In this document: piece by piece, positions 11,028 through 19,248 of the stretch | Numbering within the stretch: position 1 is the stretch's first letter | Layout of the letters: every line of letters begins with the position of its first letter | Assembly (NCBI GenBank): GCA_002436015.1 | Contig: DIXJ01000009.1 | Coordinates: forward strand, 64,121-128,120 | DNA length: 64,000 bases | Origin: Synergistaceae bacterium UBA6083 | Lineage (GTDB): Bacteria > Synergistota > Synergistia > Synergistales > 79-D21 | Direction: 5' to 3' | Notes under the pieces: generated by a model | The model's input: the letters and a program-made list of their open reading frames with translations, nothing else | Database searches by the model: none | What the model was told of the DNA's origin: nothing | Position numbers and translations under genes: made by a program

Positions 11028-11060
11028 CTGAAAGAGAAAGGGGCCCCAGGAGGCCCCTTT
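11028..11060 (-). terminator. stem-loop/terminator after rpmA (possible partial read-through into obg)
   Basis: - strand AAAGGGGCC-TCCTGG-GGCCCCTTT, 9-bp stem, followed by CTCTTTC. Lies between the rpmA stop (11095) and the obg start (10994). Confidence 0.55.
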
Positions 11061-11094
11061 CCCGATTCTGCCGAAGCTTAAAGGGTGGCTCAAT

Positions 11095-11352
11095 TCAGAC
11101 CGTAACCGTTTCGATACGGGCTTCCTTGCGGCCGCATCGCATCAGGAAACGAACGGTTCCTGTCTTCAAGGCAAAAAGAGTGTCGTCGCGGCCTCGTCCT
11201 ACATTCTCACCGGGGTGGATTTTCGTTCCCCTCTGGCGGACAAGAATCGTTCCCGCATTGACAACCTGGCCGTCATGGCGTTTAAGTCCAAGCCGCTTCC
11301 CGATAGTATCTCGACCGTTTGTGCTGCTGCTTTGTCCTTTTTTGTGTGCCAT
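11095..11352 (-). CDS. rpmA: 50S ribosomal protein L27
   Basis: [25 protein letters not shown]... The mature-type N-terminus has no Firmicute-style propeptide. Confidence 0.95.
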   Translation of the reverse strand: MAHKKGQSSSTNGRDTIGKRLGLKRHDGQVVNAGTILVRQRGTKIHPGENVGRGRDDTLFALKTGTVRFLMRCGRKEARIETVTV

Positions 11353-11379
11353 TGTTTTCCTCCTGTGTCCGCGCCCGGA

Positions 11380-11691
11380 TTAACCGCGAACGGCGTCGAT
11401 ACGGACGTCCGTAAAATCCTGGCGGTGGCCGCGAAGCCTGCGATAGTTCTTCTTCCTCTTGTAATGGAAGATCCACACTTTCGGCTCCTTGCCATGCCCT
11501 AGAATCGTCCCCTCGACGCTCGCCGATTCCAGGACGGGGTTCCCAACCTTGACGTCGTTCTCATCCGCGAAGAGAAGGACTTTTCCGAGATTGACCGAGG
11601 TCCCCGGTTCTACGTCCATTTTCTCCACACGGATCACTTCGCCTGGTGCCACACGATACTGCTTGCCACCTGTTTCGATCACTGCATACAT
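11380..11691 (-). CDS. rplU: 50S ribosomal protein L21
   Basis: MYAVIETGGKQYRV... canonical L21. Confidence 0.95.
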   Translation of the reverse strand: MYAVIETGGKQYRVAPGEVIRVEKMDVEPGTSVNLGKVLLFADENDVKVGNPVLESASVEGTILGHGKEPKVWIFHYKRKKNYRRLRGHRQDFTDVRIDAVRG

Positions 11692-11776
11692 TTAAGCGTG
11701 TTCCTCCTCCCGCTGGGAATGAGGGCGGCCAAAGGCACTTAAGGCCCTCCCCAAGCGATACATTGACAGCTTTTGA

Positions 11777-11805
11777 ATTTTAAAGGCGTTCGAGGAGTAC
11801 GTCAA
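11777..11805 (-). promoter_or_regulatory. sigma70-like promoter of rplU-rpmA (TTGACG-17-TAAAAT)
   Basis: On the - strand: -35 TTGACG (11805-11800), 17-nt spacer, -10 TAAAAT (11782-11777). Leaves a leader of about 80 nt before the rplU ATG. Confidence 0.6.
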
Positions 11806-11809
11806 GCGA

Positions 11810-13468
11810 TTAGGCCTGATTTTTAAGGAGAACAGCCGCATGTTCCAGGGCTTCGGGTGAATCGGGGCTCCCTGAAAGCATCCTCGCGATTTCAATGGAC
11901 CTCTCGACACCGGTGACCTCAAGGACAGTAGTCAGGGCGCCTGAACGGCGGACGACGAAATGCTGGTCAGCTTGAGCGGCGATGACCGCCTCGTGAGTGA
12001 CGAGAATGACCTGGCATCGGTTGGAAAGTTCCTTGAGCTTGAAACCCGCAAGAAGTGCAGAACGACCTCCGAGCCCGGCTTCAACCTCGTCGAAGACCAA
12101 TGTTTCTGGTAGCTGGCCATCTGGAAGTGACATTTGCAGGGCCAGGAGCATCCGGCTAAGTTCTCCCCCGGAGGCAACCCGGATGATAGGACCGCTCAGG
12201 CTACCGCTTGAGAGGGTGAACTCGATCTCATCCGCCCCACTGGGACGGATTTTGCCCATGTTTTTCAATGTAATCCCAAACCGGAAGGATTCCATGGCTA
12301 GGTCGCCCAGGTGGGCTGTGACAACCTCTTCCAGTTGAATTGCCCCCCGCGTGCGCTGTTCGCGCAGGGCCAGGGCTGCTTCCGAAACGTTCTTCCTTGT
12401 TTCTCGGCAAAGATTCAACAATGACTCGACCTCAGTTGCGCTAGTGCGCATCCAGAGCAGGTTTCCCTCGACCTTACCGCAGAAGTCCAGCAACTCCTCC
12501 AGGGATTCCACTCGAGCCATGCGTTTGAGCTTCCTGAGGGTTCCCAGCCGGTGTTCCAGTAGATCGCGCCGCTCCTCCGCCTCGGCCGTAACGGTGTCCG
12601 AGAGTGCAAGGCGCGACAGGCTTTCCATTTCCTGCAATCCCCTCAGGATATTTTCTGAACAGGAGCCAAAACGCTCTTGCTGGGACGGAGGAACGAGCTC
12701 GGCCATTTCATGGATCCATTGCTGAATCTCGTCGCCGATTCCCCCTCCGGAAGCGCAACCGAGGAAACGGCTTGCCGTTTCCCGAAGTTTTCTCTGGAGT
12801 GAAAGGAAATGCTCGATCGAGGAAAGCTCGGCTTTCCATTGCTCCTCGTTGCCGTCCTCGAGGCGAAGCCTGCGGGTTGTTTCCAACACGGTTTCGGCGT
12901 CCTGGAAGGTCCTATCGATCTCCTTACGCTTTTCCTGCAAGGCGGCAAGCTCCTTTTCAAGGCTAATCGCCTTTTCAAAGTGGCTGGCCAGCCGCCTCCG
13001 GAGAAGAATCGACTTCTCTCCCCCACAACTATCCAGAAGATCCCTCTGTCGCTTCGTTTCCAGGAGGTCAAGCTGGGAGAACTGGCTCTGGATCCCGATG
13101 CGGCTTTGGGAAAAATCACGCAGGCGCGCGAAGGGGACCAGCTGTTCCCCGAGATAGTTCCGGTTTTTTCCGTTGCGAGAGAGGATCCTTCCTACAAGAT
13201 CTTCCTCTTTATCCGGCCCGCCGCGAAAAAGACCCCAGACCTCTCCTTCCTCGAAACCGTGACGGATCGAGGAAGTTTGAGCTCTTTTTCCCGCCAGGTA
13301 CTCCAGGGCGCGAACCAGACTGCTCTTGCCTGCCCCACTTTCACCGGTCACGGCGATAAAGCGGCCATGAAGTAAAAGCCGGGCTTTTTGGATCCCACCA
13401 ATATTCTGGACGGAAAACTCGGAAAGGCCGCCTTGGGGGGTCATTATTCGATGACGTTTTGCCCCCAC
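11810..13468 (-). CDS. recN: DNA repair protein RecN
   Basis: GESGAGKS Walker A, long coiled-coil centre, ASGGELSRMLLAL signature and LVFDEVEAGLGG Walker B. Confidence 0.95.
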   Translation of the reverse strand: MGAKRHRIMTPQGGLSEFSVQNIGGIQKARLLLHGRFIAVTGESGAGKSSLVRALEYLAGKRAQTSSIRHGFEEGEVWGLFRGGPDKEEDLVGRILSRNGKNRNYLGEQLVPFARLRDFSQSRIGIQSQFSQLDLLETKRQRDLLDSCGGEKSILLRRRLASHFEKAISLEKELAALQEKRKEIDRTFQDAETVLETTRRLRLEDGNEEQWKAELSSIEHFLSLQRKLRETASRFLGCASGGGIGDEIQQWIHEMAELVPPSQQERFGSCSENILRGLQEMESLSRLALSDTVTAEAEERRDLLEHRLGTLRKLKRMARVESLEELLDFCGKVEGNLLWMRTSATEVESLLNLCRETRKNVSEAALALREQRTRGAIQLEEVVTAHLGDLAMESFRFGITLKNMGKIRPSGADEIEFTLSSGSLSGPIIRVASGGELSRMLLALQMSLPDGQLPETLVFDEVEAGLGGRSALLAGFKLKELSNRCQVILVTHEAVIAAQADQHFVVRRSGALTTVLEVTGVERSIEIARMLSGSPDSPEALEHAAVLLKNQA

Positions 13469-14310
13469 TGGAATTTTTCCAGCAGGAGGTCGTAATAATC
13501 CCTGTCGGGGAGAAGGATGATATTGACGGATTTTTCCTTTGAAAGGGAAACATCGATGCGATCGCCGGGAAGGAGTTCGTAACCCAGCTGTCCGTCCTGG
13601 GTCAGCATCATATCCCGATGGTCTCCCCTCGGGATGATCTGGATTGTGTCCCCGTCACCGAAAACCATTGCTCGGGCGTAAAGGGTGTGGGCGCAGATCG
13701 GGACAAGCAGCATGCAAGGGACATGGGGAGGCACGATCGGGCCCCCGGCCGAAAGAGCGTAACCTGTCGAGCCGGTCGGTGTTGAGAGGATCAGCCCGTC
13801 CCCCGTCATGATGCTAAGGGGCCTGTTCCCGACAAAGATCTGGAGGGTGATCACCCTTGCAAAGGCGCCCTTTGTCACGACGAGGTCGTTGAGGGCGTAA
13901 ACCTCGTGAACAAGCGATCCTCCCCTGGTAACGGTTCCCTTGAGTAGCTGTCTATTCTGTGTGGTGAACCGTCCTTCCAGGATCGTCTCGATGTCGTTCT
14001 CGGCCTGGTTGGGATTTCCAGAAGCCAGGAAACCCAGACGCCCGACATTGATGCCGTAGAGGGGAATGTCCCTCCCGAGCACATACCGCGCGGCCCTGAG
14101 GAATGTCCCATCTCCTCCGAGGACGATGGCAAACTCGACCTGGGCTTTCCAGTCTTCGTCCGAGATTCCCGGGATACCGAGGACTGCCGCTTCGTGGGGA
14201 GGAGCAAGAAAGGAGATCCCCTTTTCACTTCCCCAGAGCAGGAGCCGTTTGCCCATTTCAAGGGCCTTGGGTTTTTGGGGGTTGATTAGAAGCCCGATCT
14301 TTCCTTTCAT
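13444..14310 (-). CDS. nadK: NAD(+) kinase
   Basis: VLGGDGTFLRAAR, INVGRLGFL and TPTGSTGYALSAGGPIV motifs. Confidence 0.9.
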   Translation of the reverse strand: MKGKIGLLINPQKPKALEMGKRLLLWGSEKGISFLAPPHEAAVLGIPGISDEDWKAQVEFAIVLGGDGTFLRAARYVLGRDIPLYGINVGRLGFLASGNPNQAENDIETILEGRFTTQNRQLLKGTVTRGGSLVHEVYALNDLVVTKGAFARVITLQIFVGNRPLSIMTGDGLILSTPTGSTGYALSAGGPIVPPHVPCMLLVPICAHTLYARAMVFGDGDTIQIIPRGDHRDMMLTQDGQLGYELLPGDRIDVSLSKEKSVNIILLPDRDYYDLLLEKFQWGQNVIE

Positions 14311-15170
14311 GGCTCATTCTCCCTTTCTCTCTCGCTTTCGTTATTTTCCCTTGCGAGTGCCAGGGTTGCTTCAGATACGACCTTCGCCACGAGTGCTCCC
14401 AGGTCGACAGCGGGTCTCTCGCTTCCCTTCCGGTGGACCAGGTGGGCAAGAAACTCGATGTTCCCGCTTGGACCCTTGATCGGGGACCATGTCAGGCCAG
14501 ACAGGGCAATTTCCTCCAATGATCCTGCAAAAGTGCAGAATTCCTCGAGGACCTGTAAATGAACTTCAGATGAACGAATCACTCCGCCCTTGCCAACCCT
14601 TGCCCTGCCCGCTTCAAATTGAGGCTTGATCAAAAGCACCATTTCGCCTTCTGGCGCCAGAAGTTCTATCAGGGGTGGCAAAAGAAGGCGGAGCGAGATG
14701 AACGAGGCGTCGACGACGATCAAATCCATGGGCCCGGAGAACTGTTCCGGACGGAGAAGACGGGCATTCGTGCGCTCCATGACGACGACTCGCGGGTCGT
14801 TACGAAGTTTCCAGGCCAATTGTCCGTATCCTACATCGACCGCGTAGACACTGGAAGCATTTCGGGACAAGAGAACCTCCGTGAACCCCCCCGTCGATGC
14901 TCCCACATCCAAGCAAACGAGCCCCGCGGGATTGATACCGAACAGGTCGAGCCCTCTTATCAGCTTGTGGGCACCGCGGCTAACCCATTCGGTCTCGTTT
15001 CCCGAGATTTCCAGGTCAGCGTCGACGCCGACCGCTTGGCCTGCCTTTTCCGCCCGGTTTCCGTCAACTTGAACCCTACCCGCCATGATCAAAGACTGCG
15101 CCCTTGCCCGAGTCGAGGCGAGTCCTCTTTCGACAAGGATTTTATCGAGCCGGTATTTCGAGCGATGCAA
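14307..15170 (-). CDS. tlyA: TlyA-family 16S/23S rRNA (cytidine-2'-O)-methyltransferase
   Basis: S4 domain YRLDKILVERGLASTRARAQSLI and FtsJ-type SAM motif CLDVGASTGGFTEVLL. The ORF is open to 15290, but TTG-15170 gives the usual N-terminus and a modest overlap with the dxs stop. Confidence 0.8.
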   Translation of the reverse strand: MHRSKYRLDKILVERGLASTRARAQSLIMAGRVQVDGNRAEKAGQAVGVDADLEISGNETEWVSRGAHKLIRGLDLFGINPAGLVCLDVGASTGGFTEVLLSRNASSVYAVDVGYGQLAWKLRNDPRVVVMERTNARLLRPEQFSGPMDLIVVDASFISLRLLLPPLIELLAPEGEMVLLIKPQFEAGRARVGKGGVIRSSEVHLQVLEEFCTFAGSLEEIALSGLTWSPIKGPSGNIEFLAHLVHRKGSERPAVDLGALVAKVVSEATLALARENNESERERENEP

Positions 15171-17049
15171 GACAATCCTCCAGGATTTTGTCAGCCGTAA
15201 GGCCGCAGGTTTCCCATTGCTCCTCCACCGTGGCCTGGAAAACGTAGCAGTCGGGAACACCATAGCGAAGGACCTTCGAAGGGGCGCCAATCAGGTTCGC
15301 CTTTGCTGCGACAGCCTCGCCAAAGCCTCCTTTTCGGTAACCGTCCTCAAGGATGCAGGTGACGTCCATTTTTTCCAGATTTGCCTCAATCAAGTCCCAG
15401 TCGGCGGGCTCCACGAATCGCAGGTCCACCACGGAAGGTCTTGCCAACCTCATGGATGCAGCCAGGTCGTGTATTTCAAGCGCAAGCGGAACGGTTTTCC
15501 CGTAAGCCATGACCGTCCAGGTTCCGTCTCCTTCGATCATCGTCTCCGCTTTTCCCCAACCGGTGCTAGTTGAAGGGCTCCCTTTCCTGCGGAGAGATAA
15601 GGGGGATGTCCCGCGCGGGAAGCGGATCATCGCGGGTTTGCCTCGCAGATGCGATTCTGAAAGCATGGAACGGGCTTCCTCGGCGTCTCTTGGGGCCATG
15701 AGGGCCAAGCCGGGTATCACTCTCCCCCAGCAGACGTCCAGCAAGCCATGATGCGTTTCTCCGTCCTCGCCTACCAGGCCGGCCCGGTCCACAAGGATGA
15801 CAACGGGCAACTCCTGCATGGCAATATCGTTGACAAGCTGGTCCATAGCTCTTTGCAGGAAGGTCGAATAGATGAAAACAAAAGGCCTCAGGCCGCCCGC
15901 GGCCAAGCCGGCCGCGTAGGTCAAAAGATGTTCTTCAGCGATTCCGACGTCAAAGCATCGGTGGGGCCAACGCTTCGCAAACCCGTTAAGCCGTGTTCCG
16001 TCTTTCATGGCCGCTGTCAGGCAAACAATTCGGTCGTCATTTTCCGCGAGGCTAAGAACCGTTCCGGAAACCAGGTCACTCCAGCTGGAACCGGGAGAGG
16101 CCAGGATCAACTCGGAGGAGGCCATTCCGGAAACCCCGTGATAGCGGGTTGGTTCTGCTTCCGCCGGCGCGTATCCCTTGCCTTTCAAAGTGCGAAGATG
16201 AACCAGCAGGGGCTGGCCGTAAAACCGGGATAGCCCCAGGATTTCCCCCAGTTCATCCAGGTTGTGTCCGTCGAAGGGGCCCCAATAACTGATTCCAAGT
16301 CCCTCGAAGATATTGTTTGGCTGCAGGAGGCTCTTCATGCGGGTCTTGGAACGCGAGAGGAGATCCTCAATGGATTCCCCTCTTTGCCGTTTCCGGCACT
16401 GTTCTTTCACATACTCCTTGAATCGCTTGTAGTAAGGGTTAACGCCCAAACGGGCCAGATAGTCGGCAAGTCCTCCGACAGGTCGGCTGATGGACATCGA
16501 GTTGTCGTTGAAAAGCACGGTCAGGCGGGTATTGGCCTCCTTCACGTTGTTCAAGGCTTCCATGGCAAGACCGTTGTAAAGCGCCCCGTCGCCGATCACG
16601 GCAACAACCTCGTGATCCTGTCCCAGAAGATCCCTAGCCTTTGCATAGCCAAGCGCAGCCGAGATGGAGGTGCTGCTGTGCCCAACGTCATAGTGATCAT
16701 AAGGGCTTTCTCGCCTTTTCGGGAACCCGGACAATCCGCCGGCCTGGCGCAGCGTGGGAAAACGGTCCAGCCGGTCAGTGAGGATCTTGTAGGCATAGGC
16801 TTGGTGCCCGACATCGAAGACAATACGGTCCTTCCTCGGATCAAAAACACGAAGGATGGAAACAATCAGCTCGACAGCCCCCAGTGAAGAGGCCAGGTGT
16901 CCTCCGTTTTTCATCACGACGTCGACCATCAGATCCCGGACTTCTTGGCAGAGCCGGGGAAGGGCCTCTTTTGGAAGGGCCTTCAGCCCTTCGTAGCCGT
17001 TCAGGTTATCGAGGATTCTCATGGGTGCCTTGTATTCCTCCATTTTCAA
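15142..17049 (-). CDS. dxs: 1-deoxy-D-xylulose-5-phosphate synthase
   Basis: 635 aa with GHSSTSISAALG, VIGDGALYNGLAMEALN (TPP motif) and transketolase-like C-terminal domains. Confidence 0.95.
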   Translation of the reverse strand: MKMEEYKAPMRILDNLNGYEGLKALPKEALPRLCQEVRDLMVDVVMKNGGHLASSLGAVELIVSILRVFDPRKDRIVFDVGHQAYAYKILTDRLDRFPTLRQAGGLSGFPKRRESPYDHYDVGHSSTSISAALGYAKARDLLGQDHEVVAVIGDGALYNGLAMEALNNVKEANTRLTVLFNDNSMSISRPVGGLADYLARLGVNPYYKRFKEYVKEQCRKRQRGESIEDLLSRSKTRMKSLLQPNNIFEGLGISYWGPFDGHNLDELGEILGLSRFYGQPLLVHLRTLKGKGYAPAEAEPTRYHGVSGMASSELILASPGSSWSDLVSGTVLSLAENDDRIVCLTAAMKDGTRLNGFAKRWPHRCFDVGIAEEHLLTYAAGLAAGGLRPFVFIYSTFLQRAMDQLVNDIAMQELPVVILVDRAGLVGEDGETHHGLLDVCWGRVIPGLALMAPRDAEEARSMLSESHLRGKPAMIRFPRGTSPLSLRRKGSPSTSTGWGKAETMIEGDGTWTVMAYGKTVPLALEIHDLAASMRLARPSVVDLRFVEPADWDLIEANLEKMDVTCILEDGYRKGGFGEAVAAKANLIGAPSKVLRYGVPDCYVFQATVEEQWETCGLTADKILEDCLASLEIPAR

Positions 17050-17948
17050 CTTGATCGCTCCGAGAGGACTGTTGCGAGCGAACGCAGATTATCTGCCTCC
17101 GTTCCGAAACAGGAAAGAGCCCGGACGGCCGCAAGGCTTTCCGAAAGGGCGATTGTTTTCGCTGTCTCCAGCCCGTAAGCCGAAACGAAGGTCAGTTTAT
17201 TCTGCGCAGTGTCTTTGCCCGGGGTTTTTCCCAGTTTCTCGGTCGTTCCTGTCCTGTCCAGCAGGTCGTCCACAACTTGGAAGGCTGTCCCCAGATGTGT
17301 CCCATAATTATATAACGCCGCTTCCCTATCCTCGGCCAAGCCGCCCAGTATACCCCCTGTCAGGACGGATGCCCGGATGAGGGTCCCCGTTTTCAGTAAG
17401 GCGATTTCCCTTACAAAATCGGGTTCGGGCTTTCTGCTCGACGGGTCGGTGTCAAGCACCTGTCCGGCGCAGACTCCCGATGGGCCGATTGCCTGGGCAA
17501 ACACCTTCAGGGCCTTGAAAACCCGTCCCGGTGGGAAATGGGGGAAAAGCCCCTGAATGGCGGTTTCGAAAGCCCAGAGCAAAAGAGAATCTCCTGCGAG
17601 TGTAGCCAGGCATTCACCGAAAACGATGTGATTCGATGGTTTTCCTCTCCTTAAAGGATCATCATCCATGCAGGGAAGGTCGTCGTGGATAAGCGAAGCG
17701 GTATGGAACATCTCCAGGGCCATGGCCATAGGCATGACTTCCGTCGCCGGACAACCGGCCAGTTCAGCTCCGGCCATGCAAAGGAAAGGGCGCAACCTTT
17801 TCCCACCGGCTTCCAGTGAATAACCCATCGCTTCCTTCAGGCGTGAGGGGATGGTTTTGTCTTCCTTGAACAACCGGGAGATCTCGAGGTTAAACGCATC
17901 CTTGCACTGGTACATCCTTAACTCAAGCGAGGATCCATTTTCAGACAT
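17046..17948 (-). CDS. ispA: polyprenyl (farnesyl/geranylgeranyl) diphosphate synthase
   Basis: FARM LIHDDLPCMDDDPLRRG and SARM FQVVDDLLD. ATG-17948 directly follows the xseB stop. ATGA-type overlap with the dxs start. Confidence 0.85.
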   Translation of the reverse strand: MSENGSSLELRMYQCKDAFNLEISRLFKEDKTIPSRLKEAMGYSLEAGGKRLRPFLCMAGAELAGCPATEVMPMAMALEMFHTASLIHDDLPCMDDDPLRRGKPSNHIVFGECLATLAGDSLLLWAFETAIQGLFPHFPPGRVFKALKVFAQAIGPSGVCAGQVLDTDPSSRKPEPDFVREIALLKTGTLIRASVLTGGILGGLAEDREAALYNYGTHLGTAFQVVDDLLDRTGTTEKLGKTPGKDTAQNKLTFVSAYGLETAKTIALSESLAAVRALSCFGTEADNLRSLATVLSERSS

Positions 17949-17950
17949 GC

Positions 17951-18178
17951 TCAGGGTTCCCCTCCCTCTAACGGGTTCCATACCTTTCCTTCGACATCTC
18001 CCTCTTCCTCGGAAAGCAGGATAATCTTTTGGCGTGCCTGTTCGAGAAAGGTCCTGCATTCGGAGGCTTTTTTCATGCCCTCTTCAAAAAGGGACAGCGC
18101 TTCCTCAAGCGGCATTGGTTCGCTTTCAAGACGTTTCACAATCGATTGCAGGGCTTCTATCTGGCTCGAAAAAGTCAT
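17951..18178 (-). CDS. xseB: exodeoxyribonuclease VII small subunit
   Basis: MTFSSQIEALQSIVKRLESEPMPLEEALSLFEEGMK, typical of XseB. GGAAAGGAGG SD before ATG-18178. The longer ORF to 18268 was rejected. Confidence 0.85.
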   Translation of the reverse strand: MTFSSQIEALQSIVKRLESEPMPLEEALSLFEEGMKKASECRTFLEQARQKIILLSEEEGDVEGKVWNPLEGGEP

Positions 18179-18216
18179 TTGGTGGACCTCCTTTCCTGGA
18201 GAGTGGACAGGCGGAA

Positions 18217-18245
18217 TTGCCAATCGTCCTGCCGTGTGATACAAT
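18217..18245 (+). promoter_or_regulatory. sigma70-like promoter of rpmB (TTGCCA-17-TGaTACAAT, extended -10)
   Basis: -35 TTGCCA at 18217-18222, 17-nt spacer ending in TGA, -10 TACAAT at 18240-18245. Lies 40 nt upstream of the rpmB ATG. Confidence 0.6.
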
Positions 18246-18285
18246 GCCCCTCGCTGCATGGTTTCCAATCTGGGAGGGATCGTCG

Positions 18286-18480
18286 ATGTCCAAGGTCTGC
18301 CAGTGCTGTGGCCGTGGGCCCGTTACCGGCAATAACGTCAGCCATTCCAACCGCCACACGCGCCGTCGTTGGCAACTGAACCTGCAAACGGTTCGGGTTG
18401 ATTTCGGTGACGGGGGACGCACCAAGCTCAAGGTTTGCGCGAGCTGCCTTCGCTCCGGTCAGGTTAAGCGGGCTGTCTAG
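18286..18480 (+). CDS. rpmB: 50S ribosomal protein L28
   Basis: MSKVCQCCGRGPVTGNNVSHSNRHTRRRWQLNLQ... canonical L28. GGGAGGG SD. Confidence 0.95.
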   Translation: MSKVCQCCGRGPVTGNNVSHSNRHTRRRWQLNLQTVRVDFGDGGRTKLKVCASCLRSGQVKRAV

Positions 18481-18505
18481 AGGCAGCCCGCCTTTCTTTT
18501 CCCCT
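18468..18505 (+). terminator. rho-independent terminator of rpmB, shared with the convergent TPK gene
   Basis: GCGGGCTG-TCTAGAGG-CAGCCCGC stem-loop followed by CTTTCTTTTCCCCTTTTCC. Confidence 0.6.
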
Positions 18506-18524
18506 TTTCCTGTTTTTTCCTTTC

Positions 18525-19241
18525 CTATCGTTCCCACCAGCTGACATAGACGCCCATTTCCCCATCATCAAGTGCGACCCGGGTTGGTTTCCCTTCTTCG
18601 GGTCGATTGCTGATCGCGTAAGGGGAGTCCTTTTCCAGTACTGTTTCTTTGAGGGGCCAGTGGACACCGCTGATTGAGACCCCTCTGCAGCGTTCGGACA
18701 GCGCTATTAAGGAAACTGCTGCTGGTTCTTTCTCGTGACGCAGGGTCAGGCTTTGACCGTTATTGATGAAAGCCAAGAGTTCCCGGTGATCCACGAGCAC
18801 CGCACAGTTCAATTCCCTCCTGACCGCCCCAAGGACAGAAAAGACATTGCTCCAGGTATGATCAAACCGGCCTCCCCAGCAGCCGGTTACCAGCGTTGTG
18901 GCTTGGCCGAAGCGTTCGGACACGGTTCGCAATGCCATCTGAAGATCGGTTTCGTCTTTTTCGCGAGGTAACAGAAGTGTCTCTGAACCCCTTGTCCTTG
19001 CTGCTTTCCAGAGCTTTGGCGAGGCGCTGTCGGCATCTCCCAGGATAAGGGCGGGCAGGAGTCCTGCTTCCATACAGACGTTGACTCCCCTGTCGATAGC
19101 CCAAACAATCCTGTTTTCCGCAGCGTCAAGGAGCCATGAAATTTGGGGCTTACGGCCCCCTGCCACAAGGAGGATTTCCCTCCCGGCAGGGACGCCGTCT
19201 ATCGAAAGTGTCACCTGGGGTAACCGGATCCCTTCGAGCAT
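18525..19241 (-). CDS. thiamine diphosphokinase (thiamine pyrophosphokinase)
   Basis: LVAGGRKP..., ILGDADS (GDFDS-like), PREKDETDLQMAL, GGRFDH, and a C-terminal thiamine-binding beta domain. Matches the B. subtilis ThiN/YloS pattern. Confidence 0.8.
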   Translation of the reverse strand: MLEGIRLPQVTLSIDGVPAGREILLVAGGRKPQISWLLDAAENRIVWAIDRGVNVCMEAGLLPALILGDADSASPKLWKAARTRGSETLLLPREKDETDLQMALRTVSERFGQATTLVTGCWGGRFDHTWSNVFSVLGAVRRELNCAVLVDHRELLAFINNGQSLTLRHEKEPAAVSLIALSERCRGVSISGVHWPLKETVLEKDSPYAISNRPEEGKPTRVALDDGEMGVYVSWWER

Positions 19242-19248
19242 CGGGGGA

